Below are positions 36,232 through 46,046 of a DNA stretch of 58,418 nucleotides, piece after piece. Source of the stretch: an uncultured Eubacteriales bacterium (GTDB lineage: Bacteria > Bacillota > Clostridia > Peptostreptococcales > Anaerovoracaceae). Each line of letters begins with the position of its first letter. Position 1 is the stretch's first letter. Location: contig CADAJM010000001.1 of NCBI GenBank assembly GCA_902788245.1, forward strand, positions 1-58,418. Reading direction: 5' to 3'. A model generated the notes under the pieces. The model did not search any database. It saw only the letters and a program-made list of their open reading frames with translations, and was not told the origin of the DNA. The translations under genes were made by a program, and so were the position numbers.

Positions 36232-37032
36232 ATGGGCAAGGCAATTGCTATTTTTAACCAAAAGGGCGGAGTAGGAAAAACGACGACCAATATCAACCTG
36301 GCCGCAGGACTCGCCGGCAAAGGCAAGAAAGTTCTGATGGTGGACATCGACCCTCAGGGAAACACCACCAGCGGCATAGGCATCAGGAAGAGAACGCTCA
36401 AGACGACTCTTTACGATGCGCTGATAGATACGAGTTTCGACGTCGCCAAAGCCGTACTCCCTACCAATACGGAGAACCTGTACATCATTCCGGCCAGCGT
36501 AGATCTCGCAGGCGCGGAGGTTGAGCTTGCGCAGCTCGAAGGAAGAGAAGGAAGACTCAAGAGAGTAATCGACTCGGTCAGAAAGGACTACGATTACATA
36601 CTCGTCGACTGCCCTCCTTCGCTCGGCATACTCACCATCAACTCGCTGACAGCAGTAGACAGCGTGCTGATTCCTATCCAGTGCGAGTTCTATGCACTTG
36701 AGGGAGTAAGCCAGCTGATCAGCACAATCGAGATGGTTAAAAAGAGAATGAATCCGGATCTCTACATCGAGGGCGTAATCCTCAGCATGTTCGACGGAAG
36801 GACAAATCTGTCGCAGGCCGTAGTCGAAGACGTCAGGAACTTCTTCGGACCTGCGCTGTATGAAACCATCATACCTCGAAACGTAAGGCTCGCCGAGGCG
36901 CCAAGCTACGGAGTGCCGATTATGCAATACGACGCAAACGCCACAGGAGCCAAGGCCTACCAGGCCTTTACGAAAGAGTTCCTGGCCAGAGAAAAAGCTA
37001 TGAAAAAAGCGATGAAGAAAGAAGGTAAATAG
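36232..37032 (+). CDS. parA: Chromosome partitioning ATPase ParA/Soj
   Basis: 266 aa. Deviant Walker A NQKGGVGKTTT. AGGAGG RBS. Confidence 0.93.
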   Translation: MGKAIAIFNQKGGVGKTTTNINLAAGLAGKGKKVLMVDIDPQGNTTSGIGIRKRTLKTTLYDALIDTSFDVAKAVLPTNTENLYIIPASVDLAGAEVELAQLEGREGRLKRVIDSVRKDYDYILVDCPPSLGILTINSLTAVDSVLIPIQCEFYALEGVSQLISTIEMVKKRMNPDLYIEGVILSMFDGRTNLSQAVVEDVRNFFGPALYETIIPRNVRLAEAPSYGVPIMQYDANATGAKAYQAFTKEFLAREKAMKKAMKKEGK

Positions 37033-37034
37033 CC

Positions 37035-38069
37035 ATGGCCAAGAAAGCAGGACTAGGGAGAGGCCTCGATGCGCTGTTTGCCGACGTCGCTCCTATAAAA
37101 GAAGAGGTCAGCGTGCTGGAGAATCTCCCGGGAGGAGAGAGCAAGGCTGATAAAACAGAGAAAAAGCCTGAGCGCAAGGCAGCCCCAAAGGCTGCAAGCC
37201 CAAAAAAGACAAAGCAGGCGGGAAGCGCAAAACAGAACAAAAGTTCGGAAATTGCCGACGAAGACAGAGTCATCTATGTGGACATAAATGACATCAAGCC
37301 GGGCAGCGCTCAGCCTCGTATACACTTCGACGAAGCAAAGCTTGCCGAGCTCGCAAGCTCGATCAAAGCCAACGGAGTGATTCAACCGCTCATCGTCAGA
37401 AGCAGTACGAACGGATATGAACTCGTTGCAGGTGAGAGGCGATGGAGGGCTTCAAGAATTGCCGGGCTCAGCACGGTTCCGTGTATAGTCAGGAACTTCG
37501 ATGACAGACAGAATGCGATAGTCGCCATCATCGAGAACATGCAGAGAGAGGACCTGAACCCGATAGAAGAAGCCAAGGGACTCAAAGCCATGACCGAGAA
37601 ATACGGTTTCACACAGGAGCAAGTCTCCGTATCGCTCGGCAGGAGCAGAACTTATATAGCCAACAGCATCAGACTTCTCAAACTTCCGGATGAGATTCAG
37701 CAGTACGTGTCCGAGGGACAGATGTCCGCGGCGCACGGCAGGACGATTATCAACATACCGGACAAAGTAAAGCAGAAAGAAGTCGCAGACAAGATAATAC
37801 GCAACGACCTCTCGGTAAGAGCAACCGAGAAACTGGCGGAAAAAATCAAGGATGAACTGAAACCGGAGAGAAAGCGTCGCAAGAAAGCAAGCGATGATGA
37901 ACTCGGCAGAACGCCTGAAATGGAAGCGGTTGAGGCGGAACTCAGAACTCTGATAGGAACTAAAGTGAACATCAGAGGTGATGAGAAGAAAGGCAGAATA
38001 GAGATCGAATATTACAGCCTTGAAGAATTAAACCGTCTCATAGATTTGCTCAGGGAAGCGGGCAGATAG
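37035..38069 (+). CDS. parB: Chromosome partitioning protein ParB/Spo0J
   Basis: 344 aa. GLGRGLDALF, ParB box GERRWRAS and an HTH region. An unusual ~50-aa Lys/Ala/Pro-rich insert follows the N-terminal motif. Confidence 0.93.
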   Translation: MAKKAGLGRGLDALFADVAPIKEEVSVLENLPGGESKADKTEKKPERKAAPKAASPKKTKQAGSAKQNKSSEIADEDRVIYVDINDIKPGSAQPRIHFDEAKLAELASSIKANGVIQPLIVRSSTNGYELVAGERRWRASRIAGLSTVPCIVRNFDDRQNAIVAIIENMQREDLNPIEEAKGLKAMTEKYGFTQEQVSVSLGRSRTYIANSIRLLKLPDEIQQYVSEGQMSAAHGRTIINIPDKVKQKEVADKIIRNDLSVRATEKLAEKIKDELKPERKRRKKASDDELGRTPEMEAVEAELRTLIGTKVNIRGDEKKGRIEIEYYSLEELNRLIDLLREAGR

Positions 38070-38087
38070 CCCGAAAGAGGTTCAGAT

Positions 38088-39896
38088 ATGGACAGCAAGT
38101 ACATAAGCCAGGTACCAATGCCGGCATGCGTCGTGGACGCAGAAGGATTCATAACCGAAGCCAATACGCTGATCAAAAACGTATTTGTCTACGAGGACAT
38201 CAGCGGATCCAAGTTCTTTGCTCTGACGGGAGTCAAGAGGGCGGAGGTCTTAAAGGCCAACGAAGGAGAACTCGTAATCGAGAGAAACGACAGGGTTTTC
38301 CGTCTTCGCACCAATGAAAACCCCGATCCCGAGGGTGACATAGTCGTGTTCTTTGACGAGGCGACGGCGAGATTCACCTACAGGACTAAGCTCGAAAGCG
38401 ACCGCGCGGTAATCGTATACATCAACGTGGACAATTACGAAGAGTTTATGGCGAGCGCCAACGAGGATGCGAGGAGACTCGTCCCGAGCCAGGTAGACAG
38501 CATGGTTCACAATTGGGCGACCAAGTTCGACGCTCCTGTCGTCAGAACGGGAGAGGACAGCTATGTCATGTACACATGCAGGGGTAAACTCGACGAGATG
38601 ATAGAGGAGAATTTCAGCATACTCGATGACGTAAGATCCATCGAGGCGCAGATAGATTTCCCGGCATCAATCAGCCTTGGCATTGGAATTTCAACGGTTT
38701 CACTAAACGAGACCTCCGATCTGGCACAGTCCGCACTCGAACTCGCACTCGGACGCGGCGGAGATCAGGCTGTGGTCAAGACCGACGAGGGAACCCATTA
38801 CTACGGCGGCACTCAGCAGACCGTGGAGAAGGGAAATCGAGGAAAATCGAGAGTAATCGCACATGCGATGAGAACTCTGATAAAAGACGCGGATAAGGTG
38901 CTCATTATGGGACACAGACTCCCGGACATGGACGCTTTCGGTTCGGCAATCGGTGCATACAGCATATGCAGGTTCCTCGAAAAAGAAGCATATATCGTCA
39001 TGGATAAACATGACGAAGCCATCGAGACACTGTTCGATCAGGCAGAGGAAACAGGCGACTACGAGATAATCAAGGTTGAAAAGGCCATGAGCCTCGTGAC
39101 CTGGAAGACGGTTCTGATCATCGTGGACACCAACAGACCTAAACTGGTCGAAAGCGATGAACTTGCAAAAGCCTGCAGACAGAGGATGATAATCGACCAC
39201 CACAGAATTGCAGATGACTCATACCGCAATTCATCCGTGGCATACATCGAATCCTACGCATCATCTGCCAGCGAACTTATGGCAGAACTGATGCAGCACA
39301 TAGCACAGAAGAGATTCATCAACAAGTTCGAGGCGGAGGCTCTGCTCGCAGGCATCATGGTCGACTCCAACAACTTCTCCGGAAGGACGGGAGTAAGGAC
39401 TTTCGAGGCTGCGGCATGGCTCAAGAGAGCGGGCGCGGATACGACCGAGGTCAAGAGGTTCTTCCAGATTAAGGGAGAAGACCTGAAGACTAAAGCAACA
39501 GCCATCAGCAACGCCGAGATCAGCGAGAACGGAATTGCTTATGCCAGAAATGAAAGCAAAGGCGGAAACGCCCCGATCATCAATGCGCAGATTGCCGACG
39601 AACTCCTGATGATTAAAGGCGTTAATGCATCATTTACGCTCGGTATCAACGACAGAGGACAGACGATAATCAGCGCCAGGTCCATAGGAGATGTGAACGT
39701 CCAGACCATCATGGAAAAGATGGGCGGCGGAGGACATTTCTCATCCGCGGCGACCCAGCTCGAAAGACCGATGGAAGAGGTTGAGGAGGAGCTCAAGAGA
39801 CAGGTAAAAGAGTATCTTGAGAAACTCAACTCAGCAGACATCTTTGATGATGAAAGCAAGATAGATGCGATTAACAGAAGAGATACATTGATATAA
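38088..39896 (+). CDS. DHH/DHHA1 phosphoesterase, GdpP (YybT)-like, lacking N-terminal TM helices
   Basis: 602 aa. PAS-like N-terminus, a degenerate GGDEF-like middle, then DHH (IIDHHR) and DHHA1 (GGGGH). The position upstream of rplI-dnaB matches yybT synteny. Confidence 0.8.
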   Translation: MDSKYISQVPMPACVVDAEGFITEANTLIKNVFVYEDISGSKFFALTGVKRAEVLKANEGELVIERNDRVFRLRTNENPDPEGDIVVFFDEATARFTYRTKLESDRAVIVYINVDNYEEFMASANEDARRLVPSQVDSMVHNWATKFDAPVVRTGEDSYVMYTCRGKLDEMIEENFSILDDVRSIEAQIDFPASISLGIGISTVSLNETSDLAQSALELALGRGGDQAVVKTDEGTHYYGGTQQTVEKGNRGKSRVIAHAMRTLIKDADKVLIMGHRLPDMDAFGSAIGAYSICRFLEKEAYIVMDKHDEAIETLFDQAEETGDYEIIKVEKAMSLVTWKTVLIIVDTNRPKLVESDELAKACRQRMIIDHHRIADDSYRNSSVAYIESYASSASELMAELMQHIAQKRFINKFEAEALLAGIMVDSNNFSGRTGVRTFEAAAWLKRAGADTTEVKRFFQIKGEDLKTKATAISNAEISENGIAYARNESKGGNAPIINAQIADELLMIKGVNASFTLGINDRGQTIISARSIGDVNVQTIMEKMGGGGHFSSAATQLERPMEEVEEELKRQVKEYLEKLNSADIFDDESKIDAINRRDTLI

Positions 39897-39917
39897 ACCC
39901 AGACAAAGGAGACTGAG

Positions 39918-40373
39918 ATGGAAGTCATACTGAAAAAAGACGTAAAAGGTACGGGAAAAGCCGGGGACATAGTCAAGGTTAGCGACGGATTCGCCAGAAA
40001 CCGCCTGATTCCGAGCGGCGATGCCGTAGAGGCCACAGAGGCCAACAAGAAAATGATGGAGAGGCAGAATGCCAAGAGATTGGAACAGCTTGCACAGGAT
40101 AAAGCAGATGCAGAGGCCCTGGCTGCAAAGCTCTCCAAAGACCAAATCATACTCAAGACGAAAGTCGGAGAGGGAGGCAGACTTTTCGGCTCCATAACTT
40201 CGATGGACATCGCTGATGCGATTAAGGAGCAGACCGGAGAAGAGATAGACAAGAGAAAAGTCGTGCTCGACAAACCGATTAAAGAGACGGGCGTGTTCGA
40301 TGTGGAAGTAAAACTCTTCACAGACGTGAGCGCAAAAGTCGAAATAAAGGTAGAGGGAAGCAAAGAAGACTAG
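39918..40373 (+). CDS. rplI: 50S ribosomal protein L9
   Basis: 151 aa. MEVILKKDVKGTGKAGDIVKVSDGFARN. Confidence 0.93.
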   Translation: MEVILKKDVKGTGKAGDIVKVSDGFARNRLIPSGDAVEATEANKKMMERQNAKRLEQLAQDKADAEALAAKLSKDQIILKTKVGEGGRLFGSITSMDIADAIKEQTGEEIDKRKVVLDKPIKETGVFDVEVKLFTDVSAKVEIKVEGSKED

Positions 40374-40376
40374 GAT

Positions 40377-41747
40377 ATGGACGAAGAAAGAAGAGAAAAT
40401 GTACTCGTACCTCCGACGGATATAGATGCGGAAAGAGCGGTGCTCGGTGCCATGCTTAAAAGCACGGATGCAAGAGCAGACGCCACGGGCATTTTGAATG
40501 CCGAGGATTTCTATCTCAAGGAGCATGAAGAGATATACAGAACCATGCTCGAGATGGATCAGAGGGGCGTCGGTATTGACATCACGACGGTGTATTCGGC
40601 TCTCAAACAGAGAAAGACAGCGGAGATGGCAGGAGGCATGACTTACCTCAGCCGCCTGATAGACGATGCCATCGTAGTTTCGAATGCCAAATATTATGCC
40701 GTAACCGTGGCGGATAAATCCAAGATGAGACAGCTCATCAAAGAAGCCGAGGACATCAGAGAGGCAGCGTACTCGGACGAGCTGCCGCCTGACGATGTGC
40801 TCGATAATGCCGAGCAGAGGATACTCAACATCGCAAACAAATCCCAGAGAAGCAACTACGAGCACATCAACGAAGTAATATACGAGAACATCAAAAATAT
40901 GCAGGAACTCGCCAAACAAGGCGGAGAGATCAAGGGTATAGAGACGGGCTTTAAGAAAGTCGATGACATACTCGGAGGATTCCAGAAAACTGACCTCATC
41001 ATACTCGCCGCAAGGCCGGGCGTAGGTAAGACGGCCTGGGCGCTCAATGTGGCGGAGCATGCTGCAATCAACGGATACAAAGTGATGGTGTTCAGTCTCG
41101 AGATGGCCAACACCCAGCTCGGACAGAGACTCTTGTCCATGTCAGCCAATGTTCCTCTCGAGAACATCAGGAAAGGCGAACTCGATGCGCAGGATTGGGA
41201 AAGCCTGAGCGCCGCGCAGGAGGCATTCTTTAACACCAGCATGGTGATAGACGAGACATCCGTCATCACTCCGGTTGAGATGAAGAACAAATGCCGCAGG
41301 TTCAAGCAGGAGAACGGAGGACTTGACCTCGTAATCATCGACTATCTCCAGCTGATGAGCATGGGTGGCTACAGGATAGAGCAGAGAGAAAAAGAAATCG
41401 CGGCCATCACCAGATCCATAAAGATCATGGCCAAGGAACTCGATTGCGCAGTCATACTTCTCTCGCAGCTCTCCAGAGGGCCTGAGCAAAGGGGAGGCGA
41501 CCACATGCCTAAACTCTCAGACCTCAGAGATTCGGGAGCAATCGAGCAGGACGCCGACGTAGTAATCTTCCTCAAGAGAGACGACTACTACAACAGCGAT
41601 GACGAAAAAGCGGAAGTGAACGAAAACGCATCGCTCACCTGCGCAGTCAATATAGCAAAACACAGAAACGGTCCTACGGGAGTAGCCAATCTCACGTGGA
41701 TACCTAGATATGTCAAATTCGGCAACATAGCAAAAGAACAGCAATAA
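40377..41747 (+). CDS. dnaB: Replicative DNA helicase (DnaB family; DnaC in B. subtilis nomenclature)
   Basis: 456 aa. PPTDIDAERAVLGAML, Walker A ARPGVGKTA, and IIDYLQLM. Confidence 0.95.
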   Translation: MDEERRENVLVPPTDIDAERAVLGAMLKSTDARADATGILNAEDFYLKEHEEIYRTMLEMDQRGVGIDITTVYSALKQRKTAEMAGGMTYLSRLIDDAIVVSNAKYYAVTVADKSKMRQLIKEAEDIREAAYSDELPPDDVLDNAEQRILNIANKSQRSNYEHINEVIYENIKNMQELAKQGGEIKGIETGFKKVDDILGGFQKTDLIILAARPGVGKTAWALNVAEHAAINGYKVMVFSLEMANTQLGQRLLSMSANVPLENIRKGELDAQDWESLSAAQEAFFNTSMVIDETSVITPVEMKNKCRRFKQENGGLDLVIIDYLQLMSMGGYRIEQREKEIAAITRSIKIMAKELDCAVILLSQLSRGPEQRGGDHMPKLSDLRDSGAIEQDADVVIFLKRDDYYNSDDEKAEVNENASLTCAVNIAKHRNGPTGVANLTWIPRYVKFGNIAKEQQ

Positions 41748-41748
41748 A

Positions 41749-43164
41749 ATGGCCAAGACCAAACTCAGAATCGCAGAGAGAGGCGACATATTCCTGGATA
41801 CGACGAGAGTGGAGAATCTCTTTATCAATGAATATCTGCCGGACGCACCGGGAGATTATGTTAAAGTGTATCTTCTCGCCTTGATGTATGCGAAGTATGA
41901 AGAGGAGATAGACTCGTCCGTCATGGCCAGGATGCTCGGAATGGAGGAGTTTGAAGTCGAAGAAGCCTGGGCTTACTGGGAAGCAAGCGGCCTCGTCAAA
42001 AGGAGCAAAGACGGCTCAAGTATAGAATTCATCCGAATGGTAGAGAGGTTCTACGGCAAAAGCGCGCTTCGATCCCTGCAGGAAAGTCCGGTGACGACCG
42101 AGCCTGAGCTTGAGGAAGACGACGGAACGGAAGACAACTTCGATGATGAAGAAGTCGATACATTCTATGACTTCGACAGCACGGACAGCGCGGAGACGGA
42201 GCCTGTAAAAAAAGCGCCGAGAAAAAAGAGCGCTGCCGAAGAAAGATTATTGGTAAGCGAACAGCTCAGACAGATCTTTGCAAGATTTCAGGAGGTCACC
42301 GGCAGGACTATCTCCAGGCGAGAGACTGATAAATTAACGGATGCAATCAATGTCTACGGGGTTAAACCTGAGGTTCTCTTCTACGCGATAGACTATTGTG
42401 CAGAGCTCGACAAAGACAGCGTTGACTACATATTCAATGTCGCGCTCAGATGGAAGGAAGAAGGCTGCGAAAACATGGAGGCAGTCAAAGCCCTGATCGA
42501 AAAGGACAGCGAGAGAAACAAAGCGTACCGCGAAATCTTCAAGGCGGTGGGCTTTAACAGACTGACCACTCCGGCGGACCGCGAGATTATGAATCGCTGG
42601 TTCGATGAGATGGATTTCAGCCTTGACGAAGTGCTCGAGGCATGCAAGGCCACGGGCGGCATCAGAGAACCGAGCCTCAGATATGTCAATAAAATACTCG
42701 AAAACAAAATGCTCGAAAAAGGCGGAGTCAAAACTGATACGCCGGGATCTTCATCCGGCGGGGATGCCAAGGTGAGCAGGAAAGTCCTGAGGGAATATTT
42801 CGAACATATTCGAGATGAAGAGGAGAGGGCTTACGCCGACAGAATCAGAGAGGCATCGAGTCGGATTCCGGGCATGGCAGAGCTTCTTGACAGGGAAAGC
42901 GAACTGAACCGAGATGCCATGAACCTGATGATAGGCGGGAGTTCGGAAGACCGCGCCAGGATGAGAGAGGAAAGAAACAATATTGCGGAGACCAAGAAAA
43001 GTCTCCTTGCAAGCGAGGGATATCCTGCGGATTACCTCGAAAGAAGATACAGATGCAATATATGCAAAGACAGCGGATACACCGATGAGGGCACGGTCTG
43101 CACTTGCTGCAGGGCCAGAGCTGACGAAGCATATTTATGGAATTTGGAGAGAGATAAGAATTGA
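41749..43164 (+). CDS. DnaD-domain replication protein with a C-terminal helicase-loader-like zinc-ribbon segment
   Basis: 471 aa. Two DnaD/DnaB_2-like repeats (ISRRETDKLTDAI..YAIDYC; ADREIMNRWFDEM..EVLEACK). The tail is GYPADYLERRYRCNICKDSGYTDEGTVCTCC. No P-loop is present. Confidence 0.78.
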   Translation: MAKTKLRIAERGDIFLDTTRVENLFINEYLPDAPGDYVKVYLLALMYAKYEEEIDSSVMARMLGMEEFEVEEAWAYWEASGLVKRSKDGSSIEFIRMVERFYGKSALRSLQESPVTTEPELEEDDGTEDNFDDEEVDTFYDFDSTDSAETEPVKKAPRKKSAAEERLLVSEQLRQIFARFQEVTGRTISRRETDKLTDAINVYGVKPEVLFYAIDYCAELDKDSVDYIFNVALRWKEEGCENMEAVKALIEKDSERNKAYREIFKAVGFNRLTTPADREIMNRWFDEMDFSLDEVLEACKATGGIREPSLRYVNKILENKMLEKGGVKTDTPGSSSGGDAKVSRKVLREYFEHIRDEEERAYADRIREASSRIPGMAELLDRESELNRDAMNLMIGGSSEDRARMREERNNIAETKKSLLASEGYPADYLERRYRCNICKDSGYTDEGTVCTCCRARADEAYLWNLERDKN

Positions 43165-44969
43165 GCAAGGGTTTAGAACCGGAAATTAAGAATACGGAAG
43201 AACAGACAGAAGAGGTCGACGTTAAAGCTGCGGCTGCCGCATATGCCAGACTCCTTAAGAAAAAGGGTTTGCAACCGGGAGATGATGTATATAATGCGCC
43301 TCAAAAACCGGAAGTGAGCGAAGAAAGCGAAATCAAGGAGAGCAAGGCGGACGATTTGCTCAAAGCAGTTGAGGCAGAGTCAGCCGAAAAAAAAGAGCAG
43401 AAAAAAGCAGCAAAAAAAGACCCTTATGTCATTAAAAACAGAAAGAGACGCAAGCCGCGCAAGATTAAGGTCAAGCCGTTTGAAAAGAGAAACCGCGGAG
43501 TTAAGTTCCTGTCATACATCATAGACGCAAGGGACAAAGCACAGTTTAAAATAGACGGCTCCGCAGTGGGAATCGGCAAGGACTTTGCCAAGGCCGCACA
43601 CGACATCTCCTCGACTTACAGAAACTCGAGAAGAACCATCGCCACGGCCCTGCTTTCCTTCGCGGCAATCGCTTCTGCAATACTGATAATATTCGACCAC
43701 TTCACGGTTTATGAATATGCATATAACGGAATGGTTCTCGGATATGTTAAGGAACAGGAAGAAGTTACGGACGTGCTTGAGGTCGCCGGCGACAAACTGA
43801 CCGAAAACAGCGGAAGCTTGCTGGATATAGAGTTTGTCCCGAACCGAAACGTCACATTCAATCTCGTCGATTCCGGAGGAAAGAGCTTGGATGACTCCGA
43901 CGTGGCGGTCAATAAATTCGTATATATGACAGATATCGAAGTCGAGGCTTATGGTGTTTACGACGGTGACAAACTCGTGGCAATCGTTAAGACCAACGAG
44001 GACGCGGAGAACCTCCTGAAAGACACAATGGAGGAACTTTCAACTCCGGACCAGGGAATGACTCTGGTTTCGGCGGAGTTTGCCTACCCGCTGGACATTA
44101 AACCGCTCAACGTACTCCTGACGAGCGTTCAGGATAACACAAGCGCCAGGGAGCAGATGACAAAGGGCGGAGAAATGGAGATTTATCACATCGTCGAAGA
44201 CGGAGAAAGCATAACCAGCCTTGCCGCTGATTACGGCGTTACTGCGGAAAACATCTACGATGACAGCAATCTTAATGTCGCAACAGCAGTCGAGACGGGC
44301 GACAAAGTCTGCATACATAACACGGTAGATCCCGTAAGCGTAAAGATGGTAGAGAGCGGACGAGTCAAGGAAGTAGTGGAATTCAAGACCGTCAAGAAAG
44401 AAAGCGACAAGTACTATAAGGGAGATACCTTCGTAGAGCAGGAAGGCAGAAACGGATACCAGACCTTCGAAGGAACGATTACCAAAGAAGGCGGAGTTGA
44501 AGTCGGAAGAGAGGGCGAAGTAATAGAAGAGCGCCCGAAGGTGAGAAACAAGATCATCCTGGTCGGAACAGCGGAGAGACCTAAGACTGCTCCGACCGGA
44601 ACATATGCTATGCCTATAGGCGGATATACATTGACATCGGGCTTCGGACCTAGATGGGGACGTATGCATACCGGTCTCGACCTGGCAGCTCCTACGGGAT
44701 CCCCTATTTACGCATCTGACGGAGGAACCGTAATCAGAGCAGGATACTATGGTGGATACGGAAACTGCGTTGACGTAGACCACGGAAACGGAAGGGTGAC
44801 GAGGTATGCTCACTGCAGCAAACTGCTCGTAAGTTCAGGAGAGCAGGTATACCAGAGACAGCAGATTGCTCTGGTCGGAAGCACCGGTAACAGTACCGGA
44901 CCGCACCTGCACTTTGAGGTCAGACTTAACGGATCGGCCGTGAACCCTGCACCTAAACTGGGACTTTAA
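43161..44969 (+). CDS. Membrane-anchored LysM/G5/M23 metallopeptidase
   Basis: 602 aa with a TTG start. Contains a TM helix, a LysM-like segment (YHIVEDGESITSLAADYGV), a G5-like segment and an M23 catalytic region (HTGLDLAAPTGSPIYA...GPHLHFEV). Confidence 0.85.
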   Translation: MSKGLEPEIKNTEEQTEEVDVKAAAAAYARLLKKKGLQPGDDVYNAPQKPEVSEESEIKESKADDLLKAVEAESAEKKEQKKAAKKDPYVIKNRKRRKPRKIKVKPFEKRNRGVKFLSYIIDARDKAQFKIDGSAVGIGKDFAKAAHDISSTYRNSRRTIATALLSFAAIASAILIIFDHFTVYEYAYNGMVLGYVKEQEEVTDVLEVAGDKLTENSGSLLDIEFVPNRNVTFNLVDSGGKSLDDSDVAVNKFVYMTDIEVEAYGVYDGDKLVAIVKTNEDAENLLKDTMEELSTPDQGMTLVSAEFAYPLDIKPLNVLLTSVQDNTSAREQMTKGGEMEIYHIVEDGESITSLAADYGVTAENIYDDSNLNVATAVETGDKVCIHNTVDPVSVKMVESGRVKEVVEFKTVKKESDKYYKGDTFVEQEGRNGYQTFEGTITKEGGVEVGREGEVIEERPKVRNKIILVGTAERPKTAPTGTYAMPIGGYTLTSGFGPRWGRMHTGLDLAAPTGSPIYASDGGTVIRAGYYGGYGNCVDVDHGNGRVTRYAHCSKLLVSSGEQVYQRQQIALVGSTGNSTGPHLHFEVRLNGSAVNPAPKLGL

Positions 44970-44988
44970 CAAGAACTGAGGAGATAAA

Positions 44989-45462
44989 GTGTCCGAAAAA
45001 ATCAGAGAAATATATAAAGAAGGACCGGAAAGCGACGAAGAATTCGACGAAAGCGAGGAGTTCATCGAAGAAGATGTAGAAATCTTTGATGAGCCCGAGT
45101 TTTCGGATGCGGACGAATACGCCTTTGAAGAAGCGAGTGATGAGGACGCCGAATTCGAGGCGCGTATGCAAAGGAGAAGAGCTCGCGTAAGAGGCAGGAA
45201 GCGCAGGAGAAAGATACTCGGTGTCATACTGATCATAGTTTTGTTTGCAACTCTCGCCACGATGTGCGGTAAAGACATCGTAAGACTCAAGGCTGAGAAC
45301 ATCGCTCTTCAGAAACAGCAAAAAGAGCTGGAGGAGGAGAGAGACAGGCTCAAACAGGAAGTCGAGAATTCCGGAAACAGAGAGTACGTGCAGGAGCAGG
45401 CCAGAAAGCAGTTCAAACTACTCAATCCGGGAGAACTCCTTTTCACTTTTGAGGAAGAGTAA
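44989..45462 (+). CDS. Septum formation initiator family protein (FtsB/DivIC-like)
   Basis: GTG start with GAGGAG upstream. Acidic N-terminus, basic stretch, TM helix and coiled coil, then C-terminal ARKQFKLLNPGELLF. Confidence 0.7.
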   Translation: MSEKIREIYKEGPESDEEFDESEEFIEEDVEIFDEPEFSDADEYAFEEASDEDAEFEARMQRRRARVRGRKRRRKILGVILIIVLFATLATMCGKDIVRLKAENIALQKQQKELEEERDRLKQEVENSGNREYVQEQARKQFKLLNPGELLFTFEEE

Positions 45463-45467
45463 TAAAG

Positions 45468-46046
45468 ATGGAGAAACTTAAACTCAGCCGGGCAGTAATC
45501 GTAGAGGGCAGAGATGATGTGAGGGCGGTAAGTGCGGCCTGCGACGCTCTCATTATTCCGACTCACGGCTACGGCATTGCGAAGGCTACATGGCTGGAGA
45601 TCGAAAAAGCATATAACGAAAAAGGCATCATCATATTTACCGACCCGGATTATGCGGGCCGAGAGATAAGAAAGAGGATTTCAGAGAAATTCCCGAATGC
45701 CGTGCAGGCACACCTCGACAGGGAGGATGCGAGAGACGGGGATGATATAGGAATAGAAAACGCCGGGCCGGAGATAATTGCAGAGGCACTTACAAAAGCC
45801 CTTGAACTTGCCGGTCGCAAGAATGAGATCGGGCAAAGTTCCCCGGAGGCAGAGAGCAAATCCGTAGAAATGGCGGACCTGAATGATCTCGGGCTCGCAA
45901 CGACAGAGGGCTCGTCGGAGCTGAGAGCCAAGGTCTGTAAGGAGCTCGGCATAGGCTATTGCAACGCATCTTCACTAATTAAGAAACTAAAAGGATTCGG
46001 AATAGATATAGATGAGCTCAAAAAAGCAATCGAAAAATGCAAATAG
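45468..46046 (+). CDS. rnmV: Ribonuclease M5 (Toprim)
   Basis: 192 aa. AVIVEGRDDVRAV and FTDPDYAGREIR. Canonical position upstream of rsmA. Confidence 0.88.
   Translation: MEKLKLSRAVIVEGRDDVRAVSAACDALIIPTHGYGIAKATWLEIEKAYNEKGIIIFTDPDYAGREIRKRISEKFPNAVQAHLDREDARDGDDIGIENAGPEIIAEALTKALELAGRKNEIGQSSPEAESKSVEMADLNDLGLATTEGSSELRAKVCKELGIGYCNASSLIKKLKGFGIDIDELKKAIEKCK

Noticed and set aside
35947-36927. 326-aa minus-strand ORF overlapping parA
   Set aside because: parA on the plus strand has the deviant Walker A and a strong RBS. The antisense ORF has no motif support.
39831-41060. 409-aa ORF on the minus strand opposite rplI and the replicative helicase
   Set aside because: It lies entirely antisense to two strongly supported genes and has no RBS. 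Its composition is Cys/Arg/His/Phe-rich and non-protein-like. It is a typical mirror-frame artefact of codon-biased genes.
46012-46046. 35-nt rnmV/rsmA overlap as a frameshift or annotation error
   Set aside because: Both frames are intact with family motifs, and no alternative in-frame start exists for rsmA downstream. A genuine overlap is the simplest reading.
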